Shown here piece by piece: positions 43,196 through 51,878 of a stretch of 54,581 nt of DNA. Under the pieces are notes generated by a model. It did no database searches and was not told the DNA's origin. It saw only the letters and a list, made by a program, of their open reading frames with translations. The stretch comes from Minisyncoccota bacterium (GTDB taxonomy: Bacteria > Patescibacteriota > Minisyncoccia > Phycocordibacterales > UBA9973), in assembly GCA_043776915.1 (NCBI GenBank), contig JAYVQT010000034.1, forward strand, positions 1 through 54,581. The letters run 5' to 3'. The stretch's first letter is position 1; each line of letters opens with the position of its first letter. The translations under genes were made by a program, and so were the position numbers.

Positions 43196-44062
43196 ATGAA
43201 AACACTGAGAGAATACATCAAAGAAGCTTATGAGAAAAAGGTCGCTATTGGTCACTTTAATATTTCAAATTTAGAAGGATTACATGGTATCTATAATGCG
43301 GCAAAGTCATTATCTCTTCCCATTATTATCGGTGTCTCTGAAGGTGAAGAAGCTTTTGTCGGCCGAGAAGAAGTCGCAGCCCTTGTGCGCACGATTCGTG
43401 AGCGCGACTCCTATCCGATATTCTTGAATGCTGATCATCATGCTTCATTTGAGAGCGTCACCAAGTGTATTGATGCTGGCTTTGACCTTGTCATCATCGA
43501 CTGCGCAAAACTAAGCTTCGAAGAAAATGTAGCAGTTACTAAACAGTGCGTCGAGTACGCTCGCGCAGTCACTGCGAGGACTGGTCGTGATATCATAGTA
43601 GAAGCTGAGCTTGGTTACATCGGATCAGGTTCTGATATTAAAGATACTATTCCTGAGGGCGCTGGAATCCTGACCAAGCCTGAAGATGCTAAGAAGTTCG
43701 TCGAAGAAACAGGGATCGATATGCTCGCACCATCAGTCGGCAGTATTCATGGACTCATCAAAAGTGGTAAGCCTCATATTAATACCGAGCTTGTCAAAGA
43801 AATACGACAAGTTACTGGTATACCACTGGTGCTGCATGGTGGCTCGGGTCTTCGCGATGAAGATTTTACAAATGCGATTGCGGCCGGAATTTCAATCATC
43901 CATATTAATTCGGAAATACGACTTGCTTTCAAAGAAGCTGTAGGAAAATTCATTCAAGAGAATCCAGAAGAAATCGTTCCAGCCAAAATTCTTACACCAG
44001 CTGTTCTTGCCATACAAACTGTAGTAGAGTCACGTTTAAAACTTTTTAATAATATTAAATAA
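43196..44062 (+). CDS. fba: Class II fructose-1,6-bisphosphate aldolase
   Basis: VAIGHFNISNLEG, IIIGVSEGE, the ADHH region and LVLHGGSG. 288 aa. Confidence 0.88.
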   Translation: MKTLREYIKEAYEKKVAIGHFNISNLEGLHGIYNAAKSLSLPIIIGVSEGEEAFVGREEVAALVRTIRERDSYPIFLNADHHASFESVTKCIDAGFDLVIIDCAKLSFEENVAVTKQCVEYARAVTARTGRDIIVEAELGYIGSGSDIKDTIPEGAGILTKPEDAKKFVEETGIDMLAPSVGSIHGLIKSGKPHINTELVKEIRQVTGIPLVLHGGSGLRDEDFTNAIAAGISIIHINSEIRLAFKEAVGKFIQENPEEIVPAKILTPAVLAIQTVVESRLKLFNNIK

Positions 44063-44074
44063 TAAAACTATCGC

Positions 44075-45793
44075 ATGAAAGACGAAATCCTAAAATTTTT
44101 TAAAGGAGATATTGAAGATAGTGACGAGGTGCTGACGAAATATTCGCACGATGCAAGCTTGCTTGAAGTGAGGCCTGAGCTTGTTGTGTTCCCAAAAGAT
44201 AGTGAGGATTTGAAGAATCTAGTAAAATGGGTAGGGGAAAATAAAATAAAGTATCCAAACCTTTCTCTGACACCTCGGTCAGCTGGTACTTGTATGTCTG
44301 GGGGAGCGATCGGCGAGTCGATCATTATTGATTTTACTCGCTACATAAATAAAGTAGAAAAAGTAGAAAAAATAAAGCCATTTGATATTATTCCGAAATA
44401 TCCGAATTCTCATGCTGTAACAATAACTGGTACAGCTAGTGTCGAGCCAGGGTGTTACTACCGAGATTTTGAGCCACTGACTATCGCACAAGGCCTACTA
44501 CTGCCATGTTACACCGCATCGAAAAGCTTAAATGCTCTCGGTGGTATGGTCGGCAACAATTCTGCCGGTGAGAAAACATTAAACTACGGTAAGACTGAGG
44601 ATTACATAAAAGAACTACAAGTTATTTTTGCTGATGGAAGGGAGTATACCGTTAAAGCTTTAACGAAGAAGGAACTCTATGGCAAAATTGCCCAAAATGA
44701 TTTTGAAGGCGAAATTTATAAAAATTTGTTTGCTCTTATTAATGACAATAAAGACGATATTAAAAATGCTAAACCGAATGTTTCCAAAAATTCAGCTGGG
44801 TATTATCTCTGGAATGTCTGGGATGAAGAGAAAGAAATTTTCGACTTACCAAAGCTTATCGTCGGATCACAAGGCACACTCGGGATCGTAACAAAAATAA
44901 CCTTACACTTGGTCGCTACCAAGAAAGCCTCGAAGCTGGTCGTAATCTTCATGAAAGATATTGCACGCCTTGGTGAGCTTGTGGATACAATCCTACCGCA
45001 CCATCCTGAGAGTTTGGAATCTTACGATGATGCCACCATGAAGCTCGCTATTAAATTCTTCCCGGACTTTTTAAAGAAAAAAGGTCTCTGGGGTATGATT
45101 ACATTTATGTGGAGCTTCTGGCCTGAAGTTTTTATGATGACAACATTCGGTATGCCGAAGCTTATACTTCTTGTCGAATTTGCTGGTGATAGTGAGGCGG
45201 AAATAGATATAAAAGCTAAAGTACTCTTACCTGATCTTAAGAAATTTCCATTTAAAGTCCGTACAACTACTTCTCAAAGTGAGTCAGAGAAGTACTGGGA
45301 TATTCGTCGTGAAAGTTTCGCTCTTCTTCGCAAACATATTAAAGACAAGCATACCGCACCATTTATTGATGATATTATAGTCCTTCCAGAATTTCTACCA
45401 GAATTTCTACCGAAACTCAACGTCATTCTCAATAAATATCCCATTACCTACACCATCGCAGGTCACGCAGGTAATGGTAACTTCCATATTATTCCCTTAA
45501 TGGATTTCTCTGATCCAAAAACATCATCAATCATTATTGATTTGTCAAAAGAGGTCTATGACCTTGTGCTAAAATACAAAGGCTCAACAAATGCTGAGCA
45601 TAATGATGGTATTATCCGCTCACCATTCCTCTCGCAAATGTTTGGACAAAAGATCTACGGATTATTTGAAAAAACGAAACAGATTTTTGATGTACAGAAT
45701 ATCTTCAATCCTGGTAAAAAAGTTGGTGGAACCATGGATTATATAAAAGGTCATATCATACAAGAAGGCCACGGAAACTCACATAAAATGTAG
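44075..45793 (+). CDS. FAD-binding oxidoreductase (PCMH-type FAD_binding_4; GlcD/D-lactate dehydrogenase-like)
   Basis: The N-terminal FAD-binding pattern is P..VVFP.DSEDL..LV....., TPRSAGTCMSGGAIG, then VGSQGTLGIVT. 572 aa. It contains an in-frame 12-bp tandem duplication at 45386-45409 (PEFLPEFL). Confidence 0.7.
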   Translation: MKDEILKFFKGDIEDSDEVLTKYSHDASLLEVRPELVVFPKDSEDLKNLVKWVGENKIKYPNLSLTPRSAGTCMSGGAIGESIIIDFTRYINKVEKVEKIKPFDIIPKYPNSHAVTITGTASVEPGCYYRDFEPLTIAQGLLLPCYTASKSLNALGGMVGNNSAGEKTLNYGKTEDYIKELQVIFADGREYTVKALTKKELYGKIAQNDFEGEIYKNLFALINDNKDDIKNAKPNVSKNSAGYYLWNVWDEEKEIFDLPKLIVGSQGTLGIVTKITLHLVATKKASKLVVIFMKDIARLGELVDTILPHHPESLESYDDATMKLAIKFFPDFLKKKGLWGMITFMWSFWPEVFMMTTFGMPKLILLVEFAGDSEAEIDIKAKVLLPDLKKFPFKVRTTTSQSESEKYWDIRRESFALLRKHIKDKHTAPFIDDIIVLPEFLPEFLPKLNVILNKYPITYTIAGHAGNGNFHIIPLMDFSDPKTSSIIIDLSKEVYDLVLKYKGSTNAEHNDGIIRSPFLSQMFGQKIYGLFEKTKQIFDVQNIFNPGKKVGGTMDYIKGHIIQEGHGNSHKM

Positions 45794-45804
45794 AGAAGGT
45801 AAAA

Positions 45805-45834
45805 TAAAAAACTGAACATTTGTTCAGTTTTTTA
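45805..45834. terminator. Bidirectional intrinsic terminator between convergent genes
   Basis: Stem ctgaac/gttcag flanked by an A-run upstream and a T-run downstream (aaaaaactgaacatttgttcagtttttt). Confidence 0.7.
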
Positions 45835-45851
45835 GGTTAAAAGATGAAGTT

Positions 45852-46439
45852 TTAAGCATATGCCTTTAATGCCATTGCAAGATTCATTCGTGCTTTCCTC
45901 GCACAACTTCTTAATGTACTCCTTGGGGTCCCCGTGAGAGACTCTATATCTTTATACGATAATTCATATTCACTAAGAAATAGGATTATTTTCCTTTGTT
46001 TTTCGGGTAATAAATTTATTTCTGATTGAATTTGATAATCGATTTCTATTCCGATCATAATCTCTTCAGGAGTTTTGCTTATTTTTGCCATAACATTAAG
46101 AACATCACCATACATCATATCTATAGCTAGAGTTCCATTGATACTTTTCTTTTTAATGTCTCGCAAAAAACTTATACTCTCATTCCTGGTAATTACTGTA
46201 AGCCACGGTACAAATCTTCCTCTACTTTTATATGAACCATTTCTAAGAGAAATACTTACCTTAGTCCATGTGTCTTGGAGAATGTCTTCTAGGTAGCAAT
46301 TATTATTAGTAATTTTACTAATAATTGCTTTCAACTTTTCAGAATACTTTTTCATTAAAGCACTAAAAGCTCTTTCATCACTTTCATTTACGAAAAGTGA
46401 TACAAGAGTTTGGTCATCCAGGTTTTGATACTTTTTCAT
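45852..46439 (-). CDS. Sigma-70 family RNA polymerase sigma factor (ECF-like, regions 2 and 4)
   Basis: Region 2-like segment LEDILQDTWTKV...PWLTVITRNESISFLR. Region 4 HTH is LSEYELSYKDIESLTGTPRSTLRSCARKARMNL. Confidence 0.75.
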   Translation of the reverse strand: MKKYQNLDDQTLVSLFVNESDERAFSALMKKYSEKLKAIISKITNNNCYLEDILQDTWTKVSISLRNGSYKSRGRFVPWLTVITRNESISFLRDIKKKSINGTLAIDMMYGDVLNVMAKISKTPEEIMIGIEIDYQIQSEINLLPEKQRKIILFLSEYELSYKDIESLTGTPRSTLRSCARKARMNLAMALKAYA

Positions 46440-46551
46440 GGTAGTAAGTTTTTTTGGTTAAAAAATGAGTTTTTGAAAGATATATTTTAATGTATTCTAT
46501 TCCTTCTTTTCTGAATTGTAAATAGATAGGTTTGCTATACCCATCTTTTTG

Positions 46552-46560
46552 TGCTATTAT
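46552..46560 (+). promoter_or_regulatory. Extended -10 (TGcTATTAT) 7 nt upstream of the L25 ATG
   Basis: tgctattat at 46552-46560; ATG at 46568. Confidence 0.5.
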
Positions 46561-46567
46561 CTTACCC

Positions 46568-47245
46568 ATGCAAACATTAACATTAACCGCAACAAAGCGA
46601 AGTAAGACTGAGAAGCTCGGGGCTGTACGAAGTAACGGCATGGTACCAGCAGTTGTCTATGGCGCTCGTGTGGAAAATACATCAATTTCCGTCTCGAGTG
46701 CTTTATTTTTAAAAGTATTAAAAGTAGCCGGCGAATCAAGTACGATTATCCTTGAACTCGCAAGTGGTGACGAGAAAGGTAAAACTCAAAAAATTGATGT
46801 ACTTATTCATGATGTCCAAGTTGACCCTATTAAAGGTCACCCTATTCATATTGACTTTTTGGCTATCGATATGAACAAGCCAGTCGAAATTATGATCCCA
46901 CTTGAATTTACCGGTGTCGCACCAGCTGACAAGAATGGTCTTGGTGTTCTTGTTAAAGTCCTTCATGAAGTCGAAATTGCGGCACTTCCGAAAGATTTGC
47001 CTCACACTATTTCTGTTGATGTATCTTCACTTCTTGCACTTAATGACCAGATTCACATCAAAGATATCGCACTTCCAACCGGAGTTAAGATGATGACTGA
47101 TATCGAAGAAGTCGTTGCACTCATCGCCGCAATGAAGGAAGAAGTAGTCGAAGAAACTCCTGTTGACCTTGCAAGCATCGAAGTAGAAAAGAAAGGCAAG
47201 AAGGAAGAGGAAGAATCAGCTGATACTGATAAGACTATAAAATAA
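46568..47245 (+). CDS. rplY: Ribosomal protein L25/Ctc (long form)
   Basis: LTATKRSKTEKLGAVRSNGMVPAVVYG... plus a C-terminal beta domain and an acidic tail. The start is at the internal ATG 46568. Confidence 0.85.
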   Translation: MQTLTLTATKRSKTEKLGAVRSNGMVPAVVYGARVENTSISVSSALFLKVLKVAGESSTIILELASGDEKGKTQKIDVLIHDVQVDPIKGHPIHIDFLAIDMNKPVEIMIPLEFTGVAPADKNGLGVLVKVLHEVEIAALPKDLPHTISVDVSSLLALNDQIHIKDIALPTGVKMMTDIEEVVALIAAMKEEVVEETPVDLASIEVEKKGKKEEEESADTDKTIK

Positions 47246-47260
47246 TTCCCTCGTCTCTGA

Positions 47261-47307
47261 CCATACAAAAATCTTTTTTCAATTTCTGAAAAGAGATTTT
47301 TGTATGG
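47261..47307. other. 20-bp hairpin between rplY and the transglycosylase gene, overlapping the downstream -10 box
   Basis: ccatacaaaaatct/agatttttgtatgg (14 bp perfect), extended by 6 more pairs (one G.U), with a 7-nt loop. The 3' arm overlaps TGgTATACT at 47305-47313. Confidence 0.7.
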
Positions 47308-47321
47308 TATACTTGATAGAC

Positions 47322-48689
47322 ATGGAACAATGGATTCGATATATTTTTTCTTTTTCTATTTTAATCACACTTGTTTGTGGTAGTTTTTTACACATAACTA
47401 CCCCTGTATATGCCGATCAAGTCCTCCAAAATGCTCAAGCTGACAAAGTTAGACTGGAAACTGAACTCAGCGCCCTTGAACAAGAAATAGCTCAAAAGCA
47501 ACTCGAGCTGATAAGCCAAAAAGGACAGTCAGTATCTTTGTCGCGCGATATTGCAATACTAACGACCCAGATTAAAAAGTCGAAACTTGATATTTCAGCC
47601 AAGAATTTAATTATCAAGAAACTTGGTGGCGAAATAATACAAAAAAATCAACAAATTCAGACTCTGACTACCAAAATTGAATCAGAAAAAGAATCTCTGG
47701 CGCAACTCATACGTAAGAATAGAGAGCTCGATGATAAGTCACTTATTACTTTCATACTTTCAAGCGAGAACATGTCGCTCGCATATGGCGATATTAATAC
47801 ATTTGCGTCTATTAAAAGTGCTATCAAGAAATCAGTCCATGAAATTAATGGTACCAAAGTCGAAACCGAAACTCAAAAGAAAACTCTTGAGATAAAAAAG
47901 AATCAAGAGACTGATGTAAAAGTAGAGCTTGAAAATGCTAAAAAACAAGTTGAACTCACTGAGCAGAATAAACAGCAACTCTTGTCTATCAGTAAAGATA
48001 AAGAACAATCATATCAAAAAATATTAGCCGATAAAGCAAAGAGGCGCTCTGAGATTCTAGCAGTACTATTTAACCTTCGTGACGCAGCTGCCATTCCATT
48101 CGGTAAAGCTCTCGAGTATGCTACTCAAGCTTCGAAAGTTACTGGTGTCCGTCCTGCCTTTATCCTTGCTATTATTACACAAGAAAGTAATCTTGGGACA
48201 GATCAAGGCTCCTGCTACGTGACCGACATGACGACTGGTGTCGGTATCAGCTCAAAAAGTAATAAAGTATATAGAAATGTCATGAAGCCTGTTCGTGATA
48301 CTCCAGTCTTTACAGATATCACTATCGCTCTTGGTCGCGACCCATATAAGACGCTCGTATCTTGTCCTATTGCCTCGGCTGGAAGCTCAAGCTGGGGTGG
48401 AGCTATGGGCCCAGCTCAGTTTATTCCTTCGACATGGAAGGGTATCAGTAAGCGTGTAGCAAGTTCTTTAGGGCTCACTATTGCTGATCCTTGGAATCCC
48501 CGTGATTCCATTACTGCATCAGCATTGTTTTTGGAAGACCTAGGGGCAAGCACAACAAGCTACACCTCTGAAATAAAAGCTGCTTGTAAATACTATGGTT
48601 CTGGTGGATCAACATGTGCGTATGGTAGGAATGTCATGGCTAAAGCTGATAAGATCCAAAAAACAATGATAGATCCGTTGCAAAATTAA
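47322..48689 (+). CDS. Secreted coiled-coil protein with a C-terminal lytic transglycosylase-like domain
   Basis: N-terminal TM/signal segment, a long coiled coil, and a C-terminal PAFILAIITQESNLG (SLT-type catalytic Glu-Ser context) ...GAMGPAQFIPSTW. The start is set to ATG 47322, 8 nt downstream of the TGgTATACT box. Confidence 0.75.
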   Translation: MEQWIRYIFSFSILITLVCGSFLHITTPVYADQVLQNAQADKVRLETELSALEQEIAQKQLELISQKGQSVSLSRDIAILTTQIKKSKLDISAKNLIIKKLGGEIIQKNQQIQTLTTKIESEKESLAQLIRKNRELDDKSLITFILSSENMSLAYGDINTFASIKSAIKKSVHEINGTKVETETQKKTLEIKKNQETDVKVELENAKKQVELTEQNKQQLLSISKDKEQSYQKILADKAKRRSEILAVLFNLRDAAAIPFGKALEYATQASKVTGVRPAFILAIITQESNLGTDQGSCYVTDMTTGVGISSKSNKVYRNVMKPVRDTPVFTDITIALGRDPYKTLVSCPIASAGSSSWGGAMGPAQFIPSTWKGISKRVASSLGLTIADPWNPRDSITASALFLEDLGASTTSYTSEIKAACKYYGSGGSTCAYGRNVMAKADKIQKTMIDPLQN

Positions 48690-48715
48690 AAGACCTATGG
48701 TACTATGCTTTGACT

Positions 48716-48931
48716 ATGAAAAAAGGAATTCACCCAACATATAATAATGAAACACCTGTAACCTGTGCTTGCGGAGCAACTTTTGCTGTTGGTTCAACTA
48801 TAAACAAAATGGAGATTGAAATCTGCAGTCAATGCCATCCATTCTATACGGGTAACGACAAAGTCCTCGATACCGCTGGGCGTGTTGATCGCTTCAAGAA
48901 GCGTGCTGCTGTTGCAAAAGTAAAAAAGTAA
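48716..48931 (+). CDS. rpmE: Ribosomal protein L31
   Basis: MKKGIHPTY..., a CxC...CSQCHPFYTG zinc-ribbon form, and VDRFKKR. Confidence 0.92.
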   Translation: MKKGIHPTYNNETPVTCACGATFAVGSTINKMEIEICSQCHPFYTGNDKVLDTAGRVDRFKKRAAVAKVKK

Positions 48932-48933
48932 CT

Positions 48934-49044
48934 AAAAACTATGAATTAGTTTTATAGAGAGATATGGGTAAGTGACGACTAAGTAATAGAGAAATTTTTA
49001 GTAAAAAATTTCATTCTCTCTAAGAAATCTAATTCATAGTTTTT
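48934..49044 (+). terminator. Composite long hairpin (about 110 nt) ending in a T-run; rpmE terminator or structured element abutting the prfA promoter
   Basis: The outer 16-bp perfect stem is aaaaactatgaattag (48934-48949) / ctaattcatagttttt (49029-49044). A second 8-bp stem is tagagaga/tctctcta. An apical 9-bp hairpin is gaaattttt/aaaaatttc. Confidence 0.6.
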
Positions 49045-49045
49045 T

Positions 49046-49054
49046 TGCTATACT
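49046..49054 (+). promoter_or_regulatory. Extended -10 (TGcTATACT) 7 nt upstream of the prfA ATG
   Basis: tgctatact at 49046-49054; ATG at 49062. Confidence 0.5.
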
Positions 49055-49061
49055 ACTCATT

Positions 49062-50012
49062 ATGACCTTTGATCAAGAAAAACTAGATGAACTTAAGAAA
49101 GATCACAAGACCAGCTACTTTGCGCTTGAGTACGAGAGGCTTTTGAGTGAAGAAAAAAAAGTGAATGACATGGTAGCACAAGATCAATCCTTACGTGATT
49201 TAGCTGACGAAGAACTACAAAATATTACATTCCAGAAAGAAGCTATCGAGCGAAAGCTTGAAGAAATGGTCAAGAATGACAAAGAAGAGGAAGAATTCCC
49301 CAATGAAATTATTCTTGAAGCTCGCGCTGGTGCTGGTGGTGATGAAGCATCACTCTTTGCACTTGAGCTTGTCATGATGTACGAACGATATACTGATCAC
49401 AAACACTGGAGCTGTCGCCACCTTGATGAATACACGCTTGAGATAAAAGGGAAGGATGTCTACAAATTACTTCGTTTTGAAACAGGTGTTCATCGAGTGC
49501 AGCGTATTCCTGCTACCGAGAAGAATGGACGTATTCATACGTCCACTGCATCTATCGCGATACTTCCGATTCGTAAAAACTCTAAAATTATTATCAATCC
49601 AGCCGACCTTGATATGGAATACTCTCGCTCTGGTGGTGCTGGAGGACAGAATGTCAACAAAGTTGAGACCGCAGTGCGCTTAATTCATAAACCAACAGGT
49701 ATCGATGTGCGCTCAACATCTGAAAGAAATCAACTTGGCAATCGTGAAAAAGCCATGAGTATTTTGATATCAAAGCTCCAAATGCTTCAAGATGAAGAAG
49801 AAGCAAAAAAATATTCTGGCGATCGCAAAGCGCAGATCGGCACTGCTGATCGCAGTGAAAAAATCCGCACCTATAATTTTCCTCAAGATCGTGTGACTGA
49901 TCATCGTATCAAACAATCCTGGTCCAACATTCCAGGTATTATGGCTGGTAATCTTGATAAAATTATCGACGCTATGGCAAGCGGACAAGTGGGGGATGCA
50001 GAAGAAGAGTAA
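49062..50012 (+). CDS. prfA: Peptide chain release factor 1 (compact form)
   Basis: PAT tripeptide ([17 protein letters not shown]), which is RF1-specific, and the GGQ motif ([18 protein letters not shown]). 316 aa, shorter than typical RF1. Confidence 0.88.
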   Translation: MTFDQEKLDELKKDHKTSYFALEYERLLSEEKKVNDMVAQDQSLRDLADEELQNITFQKEAIERKLEEMVKNDKEEEEFPNEIILEARAGAGGDEASLFALELVMMYERYTDHKHWSCRHLDEYTLEIKGKDVYKLLRFETGVHRVQRIPATEKNGRIHTSTASIAILPIRKNSKIIINPADLDMEYSRSGGAGGQNVNKVETAVRLIHKPTGIDVRSTSERNQLGNREKAMSILISKLQMLQDEEEAKKYSGDRKAQIGTADRSEKIRTYNFPQDRVTDHRIKQSWSNIPGIMAGNLDKIIDAMASGQVGDAEEE

Positions 50013-50085
50013 TGCACTGTCTATTTACTTTAATTTGTATTTATATTATAATATTTTAATTATTATTTATTAGACAAATTTATAT

Positions 50086-50702
50086 ATGGAAGAGAAAAAA
50101 CAACCCATAGAAAAAATTTAGAAAATATCGACATTTTTGGTCATATTATTTATAGTTGCAATACTTGCAATTATTGGCACCGTGACTTCTGGTGTTTATT
50201 ACAGTACTTTGATTAGTCTTTCGTGGAATCTTGTAATATTAGGATTTTTCATTTGGCTTGCATATTATGCTAAAAAAGAGCAATTAAAAAGGACTTAAGT
50301 GGTATTAAACTTGGAACATTTACAATTTACGCGTTTATAATAATTTTCATTTTTAGCGTAGTTGGATCAATCACGCTTATAACTTTTGCGCACAGACTTC
50401 AAACTGTTGCAACCACTAAAACACCAACTTTCTTTTCTGCTAATTTATCAGGACTTATTGATAATTCAACCGATGATTTAAAAAAGGTGCTTTTGTATGG
50501 AAACACTACGAAAAAGTTAGCTGAAGAATTTATGGCTGTTGGATTAATAAAAGAATGTACTCAGGGGAAAAATGATATTAATATTGTATCATTTGGACCA
50601 TACATGAATTTTAATACAGTTGCCATTGGTCTCAAGGGAATATATTCGGTGCGTTGTTATGGGGAGAAAAAACCATTTGATTTTAAGGCAATTGTTGAAT
50701 AA
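50086..50702 (+). pseudogene. Disrupted or recoded membrane-protein gene (in-frame TAG plus a frame change at A-runs); alternatively two or three small ORFs
   Basis: ATG 50086...TAG at 50119-50121, after which the same frame continues as two TM helices to TAA at 50296. The frame offset by -1 is open from 50274 to 50702 (a further TM helix plus a soluble domain). The overlap at 50274-50295 contains A6 (50272-50277) and A5 (50286-50290) runs. Confidence 0.4.
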
Positions 50703-51104
50703 AAGAATCACACTTGGTACGTTGATGATTATCAATACAACATTGATATTGATAAGGATTTTAACGTTCAAAATACAAAAAATATTACAGGTAAAACAAA
50801 TTAAAGCTGTGCGTAGATGTCTGTTTGATTTTCGTGGTCATGTGACCACGGTAACCTATTTATGAGCTATGTACTCCTTTTACGGTAACAGTTTTAATGA
50901 GCTAGAACGAACTCTTGTACGATTAAAACAATTGTGGTATCATTCTCCTCAGTAGTTGTCACACGTTTTGGTTATTAGTTTCATACTGAACTGTTTTAAA
51001 CATTGAGTATGTAAATGAAATCAGGCTTAGCGATTACATTTATAAATTAGTTTTCTTCAAGTAGTGGATATGAAAGTATCATTACAAGAAGCACATTGTC
51101 ATAT

Positions 51105-51395
51105 ATGGCAAAAAAGTTATATGTCGGCGGTCTTCCTTATAAGACGACTAACGATGAGCTCAAGTCTCATTTTGAGCAAGTAGGTCCTGTTGCATCAGCA
51201 ACTATTATTATGGATAAAATGACTGGCCGTTCTAAAGGCTTTGGTTTCGTTGAAATGGAAAACGATGCCGATGCAGAGAAAGCTGTCTCAATGTTTGACA
51301 GTAAAGATTACGATGGTCGTAACCTTACCGTGAACGAAGCTCGCCCTATGGAAGAGCGCCCTCAAGGTGGTGGTGGTTTCCGTGGCAATCGATAA
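51105..51395 (+). CDS. RRM-type RNA-binding protein with a C-terminal RGG tail
   Basis: RNP2 LYVGGL and RNP1 KGFGFVEM, with a tail GGGGFRGNR. The start is at ATG 51105 (the track gives TTG 51096). Confidence 0.88.
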   Translation: MAKKLYVGGLPYKTTNDELKSHFEQVGPVASATIIMDKMTGRSKGFGFVEMENDADAEKAVSMFDSKDYDGRNLTVNEARPMEERPQGGGGFRGNR

Positions 51396-51412
51396 TTCGA
51401 TTCTCAGACTAA

Positions 51413-51442
51413 AAATCCTCTTCAGAAATGAAGGGGATTTTT
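51413..51442 (+). terminator. Intrinsic terminator after the RRM protein gene
   Basis: 10-bp stem atcctcttca/tgaaggggat (one G.U pair), GAAA loop, followed by a T-run. Confidence 0.75.
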
Positions 51443-51515
51443 GATTGCATACCAGGGTATTTTTTGCTATAGTTTAGGCGTCGTTTAAACAAACGCTTTT
51501 TTGTTTTAGGCATAT

Positions 51516-51587
51516 GCGTGTGTAGTTCAGTGGTAGAACGCTGTCCTGATAAGACAGAGGTCGAAGGTTCGATTCCTTCCACACGCA
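51516..51587 (+). tRNA. tRNA-Ile (anticodon GAU); no encoded CCA
   Basis: GCGTGTG-TA-GTTCAGTGGTAGAAC-G-CTGTC-CTGATAA-GACAG-AGGTC-GAAGG-TTCGATT-CCTTC-CACACGC-A. It folds into a full cloverleaf. Confidence 0.88.
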
Positions 51588-51617
51588 CAAAGCTTCGAAT
51601 CTTATCTTAGCTTTATT

Positions 51618-51878
51618 ATGAAAGATTTCAATAATAGCAAAGCGTGGTGGCAGCCAGCACTTATAATGTTCGGCAAGATTTCAGTATGGGTTGTTATCCC
51701 TGTCATTTGTGCTTTATTCATAGGTAAATATTTAGATAAACACTTTGATACTGACCCATGGATATTTATCAGCTGCACCATTGTCGCATTTATCATATCA
51801 ATCATAGCTATTGCTCGTATTTCTCTCCGATATATACATACTATGAAACCCGAGGTGGGCACAAAGAGTGATGAATGA
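51618..51878 (+). CDS. Small membrane protein of the ATP synthase operon (AtpZ/AtpI-like)
   Basis: 86 aa, 2 TM helices, first gene of the atp cluster, overlapping the atpB start. Confidence 0.55.
   Translation: MKDFNNSKAWWQPALIMFGKISVWVVIPVICALFIGKYLDKHFDTDPWIFISCTIVAFIISIIAIARISLRYIHTMKPEVGTKSDE

Noticed and set aside
45386-45409. Perfect 12-bp tandem duplication (ccagaatttcta x2, PEFLPEFL) inside the FAD oxidase gene
   Set aside because: This is an in-frame four-codon duplication within a loop-like region, with no sign of regulatory or mobile function. It is most likely a simple replication-slippage polymorphism.
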